Positions 26,312-34,977 of a stretch of 63,470 nt of DNA are shown in pieces (positions within the stretch are counted from its first letter, which is position 1; each line of letters begins with the position of its first letter). Location of the stretch: contig JAWACZ010000005.1 in assembly GCA_038896555.1 (NCBI GenBank), positions 1 through 63,470 on the forward strand. The letters run 5' to 3'. This DNA is from Candidatus Caldarchaeum sp. GTDB taxonomy: Archaea; Thermoproteota; Nitrososphaeria_A; Caldarchaeales; Caldarchaeaceae. The translations under genes were made by a program, and so were the position numbers. The notes under the pieces were generated by a model. The model was not told where the DNA came from. It saw nothing but the letters and a program-made list of their open reading frames with translations, and ran no database searches.

Positions 26312-26528
26312 CACGTCCGTGTAGTAGGCTGGAGTTAAAAAACTTAAAAGCGAAAGAAAAAGAGAAAGGGGCGGTTAGAATGTCAGCAGAAAACCTAGCG
26401 CCCTTTGGCGAGTTTGGCCACTGTATCTTGGGAAAGCTTCATAGATATGAACGGCTCTGTTCTCCACAACGCATGCATCATGGCTTGGCAGGGTCTGGTG
26501 AACGCTCCTAGGCTGGTAAAAGTGGGGC

Positions 26529-27212
26529 TCAGTAGGTGAGGAGCTCTATTCCTTTAAGCCCTATTTGAAACTCGTTCCACTCGGTCGGATGCCGCACACC
26601 TCTGAGAAACCTTATCCTCATGAACCGCCGCAGGTTTCCACCCATTTCTTCCAAAGCCATCTCCACAACTCCGTCCGACAGAGAGTAAAGAAGGTTTGTA
26701 AGCTTTTGCTCAAGAACATCTGGAACAAGCACCGAAATACCTGTAGCACGGTTCCTCCTCATATCCGATGCGATACCTTGGTAGAATTTGAAGGCAGGCT
26801 CTGAAGGGACGTAGGCAAGCAAAGTGCTAAGGTCGTCTACCACTAAAACATAGTTCTCAGCACCCTCAGCCGCCTCTAGGAATGTTTCCCTTATTTGAAG
26901 CAGGCTTGACTCTGGGCTGAGGCTGTAACGGGCAAGTTTTGAAGGTTCACCACGGGTATGACAGTCCACGATGACAAGCATGCCGTCCTCAACGTCGTCG
27001 GCGAAGTCAACAGAGATGGACTTTGCCAGGTCCAAAAAGGTTTGGGGAGCCATCGTGGTTAACGCGTAGACACATTTCCAGCCTTCCCTCAACGCTTTCT
27101 CCACAACTTGGATTGCGAGTAGGGTCTTTCCGACTCCGTTGGGCCCTGTGAATATTATTGAGCCGCGTTTCCTAATTATGGTTTCTATTATCCAGTCTGT
27201 GCTAATTTGCAT
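26529..27212 (-). CDS. KaiC/RecA-superfamily ATPase (FlaH/ArlH-like single domain)
   Basis: Walker A GPNGVGKT and Walker B YVLVVDDLS. At 227 aa it matches KaiC-like single-domain proteins. Confidence 0.65.
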   Translation of the reverse strand: MQISTDWIIETIIRKRGSIIFTGPNGVGKTLLAIQVVEKALREGWKCVYALTTMAPQTFLDLAKSISVDFADDVEDGMLVIVDCHTRGEPSKLARYSLSPESSLLQIRETFLEAAEGAENYVLVVDDLSTLLAYVPSEPAFKFYQGIASDMRRNRATGISVLVPDVLEQKLTNLLYSLSDGVVEMALEEMGGNLRRFMRIRFLRGVRHPTEWNEFQIGLKGIELLTY

Positions 27213-27534
27213 TTTTCCCGCCCCGCTTCACAGGCCTATCTAGCGAAACTTTTCTCCAATCACGCAGGAGCTGCCAAAAAGCGGCTGTTAAAAGAATGAA
27301 GAAGACAACGCCTGAGGCTACGTCTACACCCACCGGTAAGCCTCTTAACCTGTCGCCCAGCTGCAGCAGTACTAACCCCCTCCCAGCAATGGACACTATT
27401 GCCGCGGCTATTAAGATTTTAAAGAATTTCCGAAATATCCCAAGGTCAAACTCTCTAGACATACCGTAAACTAGGTAAGCGAAGACAACAGTTAAAACAA
27501 GGCTCAGAAACACCAGCAGGTATTCAATGTTCAC
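27202..27534 (-). CDS. Small three-TM membrane protein
   Basis: 110 aa and hydrophobic. It overlaps the downstream ATPase start by 11 nt and lies 14 nt after the surface-protein gene. Confidence 0.4.
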   Translation of the reverse strand: MNIEYLLVFLSLVLTVVFAYLVYGMSREFDLGIFRKFFKILIAAAIVSIAGRGLVLLQLGDRLRGLPVGVDVASGVVFFILLTAAFWQLLRDWRKVSLDRPVKRGGKNAN

Positions 27535-27548
27535 TCAACTCACCGCCG

Positions 27549-30065
27549 TTAGACCATTCCTTTTGCTCTTTTAGCTTTTCTTCTAACAGCTTTGCTCAAG
27601 AAAAACGTCGAAACCATCGCCACTAAGACTGCGGCTAACGGTGTGATTATCGTTATCAAATCCGACGAAGACATCAAAACGCTTCCGAACCCCAGCACGA
27701 TGGGCATAGTTATTCTTACCGCCTGTCCGTCAGAGGTGAGCAAGACCTGTTGTTCAACCTGTTTCGGCTCTACTGTGGCTCTGACTAGGTAAGAGCCTTG
27801 GGGAAGACCTGTGAAGTAGGCTTCCGCCCCGCTTTTTCTCTCCAGCAACACCCCCTCTCTAATTATCTCTATGACCGCCTCCAAAGGGTTGTTCAACTCG
27901 TTTACAACTTCAGTCCGTAAAGTGTAGAGGGGTAGAGTAAGGTTAACGGCTAGGCCTGGTTTCACCACACCGCTGAAAAGGTTAAATCCCTTATAACGTG
28001 CTTGGTATCTGTACTCTCCTGCAGGCATTTGGCCGAGGCTTACGACACCGTCTGAGCCGGCCCTGCTCTTTCCTACGCCTGGGATTTCAACCTCAACACC
28101 TGCCACAGGACTGCCTCGCTGGTCTTTGACAACAAACCTGACAAGCCCAGCGTCCACAACCACGGTTTTATACCCGTCCGCCTCCACCACCCCCTCGAAA
28201 ACCTTCACATCGTTCATGGAGACTGTTAGAGAGTGGCTGCCGGCGGGCACCAAATCAAACGTTACACTTCCGTTTACCACTTCCTTAGTTTTATTTACGC
28301 GGCCGATTTTGATTGTGGCAACGGCTTTTTCGACTGTTGAGCCGTCGAAACCCTTGACGGCAAGATTCATCGCATATATTTTAGCGGTTATGAATGGCTG
28401 TGTTTGGGGAGTTATTGTGACTGTTTCGCTTAAGACCGTGAAACCGAGCCATTGTGCTTCTATCAAATACTTGCTTGCTGTGATGTCTTGGAGCTCTATT
28501 CGCCCGTTCACCACGCTTACCTCTCTCCCCTCCACTGTGGCTGTGTTCATAGGAGCTGGCCTACCATCCACGTCGACGATGTTGACCACCGTGTCAAAAA
28601 CCTCAAGCCTGACAACGTGCTCGCCATGGTTTTCAGGAATGCTAAACCGGAAAGTTGCAGCTAATGACTCTGTGTCCTTGAACCTATTGTAGACGAATGC
28701 CTTGACTGTGTATTCGCCTTTCGGCAGCCTTGAAAAGGCAACGGTTTCATCATCTACCTGAGAGCTGTCGAAAGGAGTTATCTCAAGCTTTGCCGGGCTT
28801 CGGAGCTTCTGTCCGTCGAACCTGCGAAGCTGTAAGACGATGTCTCCAACAACAGCCTTTGCCTCAAGCTTTCCACCCGGGCTGTTCCTGGCCAGAGGCT
28901 CGTCAACCCTGATGCGTCCGTTATAAACCTCTATCCCTCGCCACCAAACCCTAACATCATAGCTGCCGCGCGGCACGTTCCGAAGCTGTGCAAACCCATC
29001 GACCGTAACGGATTTCACGTTACCCAGCGCGAACTCCGTATCTAAAGGCCTTCCCGCAAGGTCGACTACGGTTAAATGAGCCTCGTAGAGGGAGACGTTT
29101 ACCACTTTAGATCTGGCTAGGTCAACGAGTATTGGAAAAGACTGCCTGACCATATATACCTGGCCGTCATACGGTGATGGGTAAAATATTCTCATTCTGT
29201 AGGCTCCGTCAGGCATGCGGGTTATGGTTGTGTAACCGTCCTCGTCTGTTTTCAAAGTGTAGGTTGTTTCAATCCCTGTCAGCGTTGGCTCCAGCACAAC
29301 TGTTGCGTCGGAAACCGGGTTGTTCCCCCAAAAATCGAGAACTCTGAGCTTGAAGGTTCTGTATGGTAGTATTGTTATGTAGTCTAAATCTGTGCTGGCT
29401 GTCAAAGGCCCCTCAACCCTGCCGTCTGCAGATGTGAAAGTGGTTTTCAGCCTCAGCTCCGCTTTAAGTCTTCCAACAGGGACGTCAGGCCTAGGGTTGA
29501 CCGTTATGTTTACATCTTTTTCAACGAGCCTGCCCAGCTGAACTCCGCTGGGCACGACGTGGGCAATGGCCGGGCCGTCGTATCCAGAAACCCATATCTC
29601 AAACGCTGTTATGTTGAAAACGCCTGGTTCAAGGTTTTTCAGCCTGATGATGGCCCAACCCAAGCCGCCTGCATGGATGTCGCCCTGCCACGTCTGAACC
29701 GAGGCAACTATTCTCCAGAATCCCGCAGACTCGGGGAACAAGCATGTCTGGAAAACCTCGCCTATTGAGAACCTTCTCTCCCCAGCCTCTATCCTGTAGC
29801 CGGAGGCTGTGACATAGTAGCTGTAAAACCATGCGAATACGGCAACTGTTGCGTATCCTGTTGAGTTCGTTATCCCGCTGGCTCTGTGGGTTGGGTTGTC
29901 AAGGTAGACCGAAGCCCCTACAACCGGCCGTCCAGTAGAGCAGTCTGCTACACGGACGTAGACTGTTCCAAACTGAGTTCCTGGTGGAATGGGTTCCGCC
30001 GCAAATATTGCAGGGATAAAAACAAACGCCAACAGCAAAACTGTACTCCGCAGCATCCCTTTCAA
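27549..30065 (-). CDS. Large secreted, C-terminally membrane-anchored surface protein with repeated carboxypeptidase-regulatory-like (prealbumin-fold) domains
   Basis: Signal peptide MKGMLRSTVLLLAFVFIPAIFAAEP. Repeated beta-sandwich modules of about 80-90 aa follow (..V.V.D..G.P...A.V......G.Y...). The C-terminal TM helix is followed by KAVRRKAKRAKG. Confidence 0.6.
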   Translation of the reverse strand: MKGMLRSTVLLLAFVFIPAIFAAEPIPPGTQFGTVYVRVADCSTGRPVVGASVYLDNPTHRASGITNSTGYATVAVFAWFYSYYVTASGYRIEAGERRFSIGEVFQTCLFPESAGFWRIVASVQTWQGDIHAGGLGWAIIRLKNLEPGVFNITAFEIWVSGYDGPAIAHVVPSGVQLGRLVEKDVNITVNPRPDVPVGRLKAELRLKTTFTSADGRVEGPLTASTDLDYITILPYRTFKLRVLDFWGNNPVSDATVVLEPTLTGIETTYTLKTDEDGYTTITRMPDGAYRMRIFYPSPYDGQVYMVRQSFPILVDLARSKVVNVSLYEAHLTVVDLAGRPLDTEFALGNVKSVTVDGFAQLRNVPRGSYDVRVWWRGIEVYNGRIRVDEPLARNSPGGKLEAKAVVGDIVLQLRRFDGQKLRSPAKLEITPFDSSQVDDETVAFSRLPKGEYTVKAFVYNRFKDTESLAATFRFSIPENHGEHVVRLEVFDTVVNIVDVDGRPAPMNTATVEGREVSVVNGRIELQDITASKYLIEAQWLGFTVLSETVTITPQTQPFITAKIYAMNLAVKGFDGSTVEKAVATIKIGRVNKTKEVVNGSVTFDLVPAGSHSLTVSMNDVKVFEGVVEADGYKTVVVDAGLVRFVVKDQRGSPVAGVEVEIPGVGKSRAGSDGVVSLGQMPAGEYRYQARYKGFNLFSGVVKPGLAVNLTLPLYTLRTEVVNELNNPLEAVIEIIREGVLLERKSGAEAYFTGLPQGSYLVRATVEPKQVEQQVLLTSDGQAVRITMPIVLGFGSVLMSSSDLITIITPLAAVLVAMVSTFFLSKAVRRKAKRAKGMV

Positions 30066-30142
30066 CAGCAGCGTCTCTGTTTATATCTTTTGAACATGAA
30101 TAACGCTTATAAACCCCGCGCCCAATGCTAACATAACCACGT

Positions 30143-31201
30143 ATGTTTCAAGCCATCTCGCCGGAGGGTGTGGAAGTTTCTGAAATAAAGATCGGTCGTT
30201 CCCTCCTTCTTTCGATGTACAGGGACATGGTTATGGCTAGGATTTTGGATGCGTGGCTGATGCGTCTGCAGCGGATGGGTTTGGTTGGGCTTTACGCACC
30301 CTCGGAAGGCCAGGAGGCGGCATACGTTGGCACAGCCTACGCACTTGAAGATGAGGACTGGGTTTTCCCGCTGTACCGCGAGCTCCCAACATACATAGCC
30401 AGAAAAGTACCCATCCAAGAAATCCTAAACAGACATCTCCAAAACTCCGGAGACCGTTTGAAAGGACGTGACATCGCTATCTACGGAGACGTTAGATACA
30501 ACATTGTGCCAGCCCCGGTCCCAGTTTCCCTTCACACATCCTCAGCGGTCGGGTTTGCGCTGGCGTTTAGAATGAAGGGAGAGAGACGTGTTGTGATGAA
30601 TTATTTCGGTGAAGGAGCCACATCCAAGGGAGATTTGCATGAGGCGTTGAACTTCGCAGGCGTCTTCAAAGCTCCTATCGTGTTTGTATGCGTCAACAAC
30701 CAGTACGCGCTTTCTCTGCCCGTAACCTGCCAGACAGCCGCCCCCACCATCGCAGACAAAGCTGTTGCCTACGGGTTTGAGGGTGTCAGAGTTGACGGCA
30801 ATGATGTTGTTGCATGCTATTTAGCTGCTGAGAAGGCGGTGGAGAAGGCGAGGAAAGGCTTGGGTCCAGCGTTGTTGGAAACGGTGACATACAGGCTTGG
30901 GCCGCACACCACAGCCGACGACCCGAGCCGCTACAGGAACGAGGAGGAGGTGGAGAAATGGCGTGCAAAAGACCCGATAAAACGTCTGAAAAAGTTCCTC
31001 ATAGACCATGGTATGTGGAGCGGGTCGGATGACCGCTCGCTCTGGGCCGAATACGAGGAAACTGTTCGGAAAACGGCCGACGAATGCGTAAATGTTCCTA
31101 AATTACCATACACAGTTATTTTCGAAGATGTCTACGCCTCCGAACTTTGGCATTTGGCTGAGGAAAGAAACGAGCTTTTAGAAGACCTCAAAACAATCTA
31201 G
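30143..31201 (+). CDS. 2-oxoacid (pyruvate/branched-chain) dehydrogenase E1 component alpha subunit
   Basis: The TPP-binding region GEGATSKGDLHEALNFAGVFKAPIVFVCVNNQYA and YRLGPHTTADDPSRYR are both typical of E1-alpha. No E1-beta, E2 or E3 gene is nearby. Confidence 0.8.
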   Translation: MFQAISPEGVEVSEIKIGRSLLLSMYRDMVMARILDAWLMRLQRMGLVGLYAPSEGQEAAYVGTAYALEDEDWVFPLYRELPTYIARKVPIQEILNRHLQNSGDRLKGRDIAIYGDVRYNIVPAPVPVSLHTSSAVGFALAFRMKGERRVVMNYFGEGATSKGDLHEALNFAGVFKAPIVFVCVNNQYALSLPVTCQTAAPTIADKAVAYGFEGVRVDGNDVVACYLAAEKAVEKARKGLGPALLETVTYRLGPHTTADDPSRYRNEEEVEKWRAKDPIKRLKKFLIDHGMWSGSDDRSLWAEYEETVRKTADECVNVPKLPYTVIFEDVYASELWHLAEERNELLEDLKTI

Positions 31202-31311
31202 ACATCTTCAGCGGAAATCAAAGAGGCATGGCTTACGATGTCTTGCAGCACTGAAGGATGAAAACCGTCAACGATGGCTTTTGCCTAAGAATAGTTGGCC
31301 GCGTAGCCGTT

Positions 31312-31722
31312 CTACTCAGCAGCTGTGAACCATTTGATGTCAAGTATGCTGCCGATTCGTTGCTCGTTGAAGACTGGATTCACTCTCAATCCCGCCGAAG
31401 GCTTGACAACCGGGTCGAGCCTGTGCATCAGCCCGCCTTGAACATCCCTGAACTTCACGTAGACCCATGTAGTCGGCTGAACGGTGGAGCCGTCAGATAA
31501 GGTTACGTGGGAGATGGTGTATGTGACAACTTCGCCGACGGGTTCAACCTCGTAGTATTCTACGACGGGTTTGAGACAGCTTGTGCAGTAGGCTCTCGGC
31601 GGTATGATGGATTTTTTGCATTCGCCGCAACGGCTGGCGATAAGCTTTCCCTGTCTTAGGCCGTTGAGAAACTTCGAGAGAGCAACACCGGCAGGATATT
31701 CGTAAAAGCTTTCGATGCTCAT
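31312..31722 (-). CDS. DUF35 protein (rubredoxin-like zinc ribbon plus OB fold)
   Basis: CGECKKSIIPPRAYCTSC is followed by an OB-fold segment (GEVVTYTISHV...VYVKF...GLRVNPVF). Confidence 0.75.
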   Translation of the reverse strand: MSIESFYEYPAGVALSKFLNGLRQGKLIASRCGECKKSIIPPRAYCTSCLKPVVEYYEVEPVGEVVTYTISHVTLSDGSTVQPTTWVYVKFRDVQGGLMHRLDPVVKPSAGLRVNPVFNEQRIGSILDIKWFTAAE

Positions 31723-32381
31723 ATCCTACCAGCCTCGACAGGCGTGAAGTATTCTATGTCGAGTATGCTGCCAACCCTTTTCTCAGGCTCCTTCCAAACC
31801 GGTCGCACACGCATCCCCACATAGACTTTGTCAGGCTCTACGCCGTCCAGCTTGTGCAGAATGCCTGCCGCATGTAAAACCGTTTTCGACGAACCGCATG
31901 TTCTAAGAGTGTTTTCAAACCATATCACAGCAACTATCACAGGTTTTTCAAGCCTTACGCCAGGGTCTGTACCGATGTACGATAGAGAGTATGTGGAGAC
32001 TTTTCCGACGCCGTTATGTTCAACCCATTCGCTGGCGTCTCTGAAACACCATTCGCAGAAAACTCGGGGCGGTATCATCACACGGCCGCAGCCTGTACAT
32101 TTTGTTCCAAGGATTTTACCCTCTTTAAGACCTTTTAGAAAACGTGAGATAGCGTGGCCAGCTGTGTGTTCATACCTGAACATCATACGCCAACGTGTGA
32201 GGATTAGGTTGTCGATATCCCATCCCTCCACTTCTGTGTATTTTTTGGCGAGCGAAGACTCCCAGCTTTCAAGCCTGCCGAAATCCCTCATCAAGTCATA
32301 CGTTGTGAATAGCTTTCTGACATCTTCTGGTAGTTGCTGAAGGTAGGTTTGGGTGTATTTAGCTGAGGTTGCTTTAGTCAT
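31719..32381 (-). CDS. DUF35 protein with an N-terminal extension of about 85 aa
   Basis: The likely start is the ATG at 32381-32379, which overlaps the stop of the upstream thiolase-like gene (ATGA). CTGCGRVMIPPRVFCEWC plus an OB fold (GKVSTYSLSYI...VAVIWFE...GMRVRPVW) are present. The track ORF runs on to 32567. Confidence 0.7.
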   Translation of the reverse strand: MTKATSAKYTQTYLQQLPEDVRKLFTTYDLMRDFGRLESWESSLAKKYTEVEGWDIDNLILTRWRMMFRYEHTAGHAISRFLKGLKEGKILGTKCTGCGRVMIPPRVFCEWCFRDASEWVEHNGVGKVSTYSLSYIGTDPGVRLEKPVIVAVIWFENTLRTCGSSKTVLHAAGILHKLDGVEPDKVYVGMRVRPVWKEPEKRVGSILDIEYFTPVEAGRI

Positions 32382-33535
32382 GCCTTGCACACCACCACCT
32401 GTCCCACCTGCATTAAATCCCCCCAGGCCTGCGCAACTCCGACGTAGGCGTTTGGAACCTGTCTCTTCCCAGCTCTGCCGGAAAGCTGCCAGTAAAGCTC
32501 GGCCACTTTCATCAGCCCCGCTGCGGCTATCGGGTTGCCCACTCCAAGCAACCCGCCCGAAGGACATGTCGGATAGTCTCCATCCCTTTCCAGCTGACCT
32601 TCAGCCAGCAGCTTCGGAGCCAGGCCAGGCTTGCCCAGCAGAGCATCTAGATGATGGAGCTCCTTGTATGTGAACGGGTCGTAGGGCTCGAAAACATCTA
32701 TCTGCTTGAGCGGGTTCGTTATCCCCGCCATCTTGTACGCCTGCTGAGCCGCTAGGTAAACGTAGTAGGGATAGCCTAGGTCGCGGTTTGTCCAGAACTG
32801 GCTGTCAAGGCATGCGCCCACGCCGTCCAGCCACACAGGCGAGTCTGTGACCTTTCGGGCCTCATGCTCTGAGGTGAAAAGCAGCGCCACCGCCCCGTCC
32901 GAAGTCGGGCTTATGTCAAGCCTGTTCACAGGCCAGACCAGCACAGGAGATTTCAAAACGTCTTCGACTGTTATCTTCGCGGCAAGCTGGGCGTAGGGAT
33001 GGTCTAGTGCGTTAGACTTGTTCTTTACAGCCACTCTCGCTATCAGCTCTTTGGAGAGATGGTGCATCTCCATGTAACGCCGCATCTCAAGGGCGAATAT
33101 CCAGATAAGGTTGGGGCCTAAGGGTTGCTCAAGCACCGGGTCGAAGATTGTTCTGAAAAGAGCTTGGGCATGGGGGTATGGATGGCTCATCTTCTCCCAA
33201 GCGACTACAAGCACTTTGTCGAAAACCCCTGAAGCCACATGCCACCAGCCAGCCACTGCAACCCCAACACCTGTACCGCCTCCGACGAAAACCCTTGAAA
33301 ACATTTTTCCAACGCAGTCAACGGAATCGGCTGCGAGAAGACCCTTGTGATGGTAGCCGTCGAACGCGTCGGGGGCAGACCCCGCGACAACCGCGTCAAC
33401 GTCTTTGAAGGAAAGGCCGCAGTCGTCTAAACATTTTCTGACAGCTTCGAAGACCAGCTCTTGCGGAGTCAGAGGCTGCATCGAACGGAAGTAAGTCATG
33501 CCAGCCCCCACAATAGCAACCCGACGGTTCAACAA
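32378..33535 (-). CDS. Thiolase-fold (SCP-x/nsLTP-type) protein lacking the nucleophilic Cys and the GHP His
   Basis: RVAIVGAGMT, SDGAVALLF and PSGGLLGVGNPIAAAG...QLSGRAGKRQV are thiolase-like. SRVFVGGGTGV occupies the position of xxACASG, and GNP replaces GHP. The likely TTG start at 33535 is 2 nt after the upstream stop (track start 33577). Confidence 0.75.
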   Translation of the reverse strand: MLNRRVAIVGAGMTYFRSMQPLTPQELVFEAVRKCLDDCGLSFKDVDAVVAGSAPDAFDGYHHKGLLAADSVDCVGKMFSRVFVGGGTGVGVAVAGWWHVASGVFDKVLVVAWEKMSHPYPHAQALFRTIFDPVLEQPLGPNLIWIFALEMRRYMEMHHLSKELIARVAVKNKSNALDHPYAQLAAKITVEDVLKSPVLVWPVNRLDISPTSDGAVALLFTSEHEARKVTDSPVWLDGVGACLDSQFWTNRDLGYPYYVYLAAQQAYKMAGITNPLKQIDVFEPYDPFTYKELHHLDALLGKPGLAPKLLAEGQLERDGDYPTCPSGGLLGVGNPIAAAGLMKVAELYWQLSGRAGKRQVPNAYVGVAQAWGDLMQVGQVVVCKA

Positions 33536-33536
33536 G

Positions 33537-34637
33537 TCACACCTCCACGCTGAGAAAGACCGCCGAACCTGCGTCAACGACCTCGCCGTCCGGGGATGCC
33601 GTTAAACAGGTCCTCCACTTTCCCGTCGTCAACAGCTTGACAGACTGGGCCAAACGTTGTTGGCCGGCGGCGTTGAGCGGATAGCCCATGCCGATACATC
33701 CTCCTGAAGGGTTGACAGGCATTTGGCCGTCTGTGTTGAAGCTGCCTTTTCTAAGCATTTTGTGCGGAGCTTCCTCCAGCTCCAGCGATTCCAGGAACAT
33801 CAGCTCCGTGTGGGCGAAAGGCTCAGCAACCTCGACAAAATCTACCTTCTTGCTTCCGGCTTGCTTGAACGCTTTCGCCACCGCATACTTGGCCCATAAC
33901 GCAGTACCCCAATCTCTCAAAGCAAGGTCAGATGAGTGGCTGCCGAACGCATGCCCAACACCCTTCACAACAACCTTCCCAAACCTCCTGTCCGATGTGA
34001 TTATTACTGCTGCGGCGTAGTCTGCGAGCTGGGCTACGTGGCCTTTCTTCAAAGGCTCCGAAACACTCTCGGACCCCTCAACGTCCTCCAACGAGACTTC
34101 TCCAGCATAGGCTGATGAAGGATTCTTTAAAGCGTTCTTCTTGTTCTTGACCGAGACCAGCGACATGTCTGTGGCTTCAGCGTTGTTTTTTTGCAGATAA
34201 GCTTTGGCGTCGAGCCCGGCTATGACGAAGTGATGAGGGCATAAAGGCCTGACGATGTGTGGGTCGAAAGTGTTAAGGACAATCTCTGGATAGTTAACGA
34301 TGTTCGAGGGTCTTGCGTAAGCTGTTACCATTACTGTCTTGAAGTGACCGGTTTTGACAAGCATGTAGGCGTGGAAGAATGCGTTCAAGCCATCGTTGGA
34401 GACGAGCGTGTTGAACTTCAGCCTAGCGCCAACCTGGTCGGGAGTGTATGAATCCGGTATGCTTATCCCCTCATAGTAATCCATCCCACTTGAAACTATC
34501 CCATCAACATCTGCTGGTGTCATCCCTGCATCTTGATAGGCTTTCTTGGCGGCATCGAACAACATCTCTCTGAAATCCATCTCTGGATAACGTGTTTTGC
34601 AGGGTATTTCTCCCACGCCAGCTATCCAGACATCCAA
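33537..34637 (-). CDS. Thiolase-fold (SCP-x/nsLTP-type) protein lacking the nucleophilic Cys (GYP instead of GHP)
   Basis: MDVWIAGVGEIP and NPSGGCIGMGYPLNAAG are thiolase-like. LVSNDGLNAF occupies the position of the CxS nucleophile motif. Confidence 0.75.
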   Translation of the reverse strand: MDVWIAGVGEIPCKTRYPEMDFREMLFDAAKKAYQDAGMTPADVDGIVSSGMDYYEGISIPDSYTPDQVGARLKFNTLVSNDGLNAFFHAYMLVKTGHFKTVMVTAYARPSNIVNYPEIVLNTFDPHIVRPLCPHHFVIAGLDAKAYLQKNNAEATDMSLVSVKNKKNALKNPSSAYAGEVSLEDVEGSESVSEPLKKGHVAQLADYAAAVIITSDRRFGKVVVKGVGHAFGSHSSDLALRDWGTALWAKYAVAKAFKQAGSKKVDFVEVAEPFAHTELMFLESLELEEAPHKMLRKGSFNTDGQMPVNPSGGCIGMGYPLNAAGQQRLAQSVKLLTTGKWRTCLTASPDGEVVDAGSAVFLSVEV

Positions 34638-34977
34638 TCACAAAACCCCATTTTCGTAGAGCTGCTTGTAAGGTCGTTTATAAGGAGTATTGTCACAGCC
34701 CCCTGCAACCATCTGCTCTCAATAGTAGCTAGGCAGATAATGCATCCAGAGCTGTTATACTGCAACCACATTCGAAGGCGTAAAAAGCCAGCCTCCGCAC
34801 ATTCCTCCTTCACAAATACATACTGTTTCGGCAGGGAAAGTGAGACAATCGATTTTCTATTTCTATCAGCCTTGAGGTTGATTAAGGACGTTGCTTATTA
34901 GTCGTGGACACTTTCGATGTCTGTCAGCCAAACAACGTATATATATCATTTCTTGTTCAATAAATGCAGTGAACGGA

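Noticed and set aside
26314-26528. A possible 28-aa minus-strand ORF (MMHALWRTEPFISMKLSQDTVAKLAKGR) between tRNA-Pro and the KaiC-like gene
   Set aside because: It is too short, has no recognisable motif, and has no clear promoter or coupling signal.
31312-34637. The thiolase/DUF35 genes as the canonical archaeal mevalonate-pathway thiolase/HMG-CoA synthase/DUF35 complex
   Set aside because: No HMG-CoA synthase-like protein is present, and both thiolase-fold proteins lack the nucleophilic Cys required for acetoacetyl-CoA thiolase activity.
34638-34977. The 340-bp divergent intergenic region before the ABC ATPase, as a riboswitch or leader
   Set aside because: Only ordinary TATA-like boxes for the two divergent genes were recognisable, with no conserved riboswitch-like structure. 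The ORF-track N-terminal extension (34891-34977) looks non-coding.
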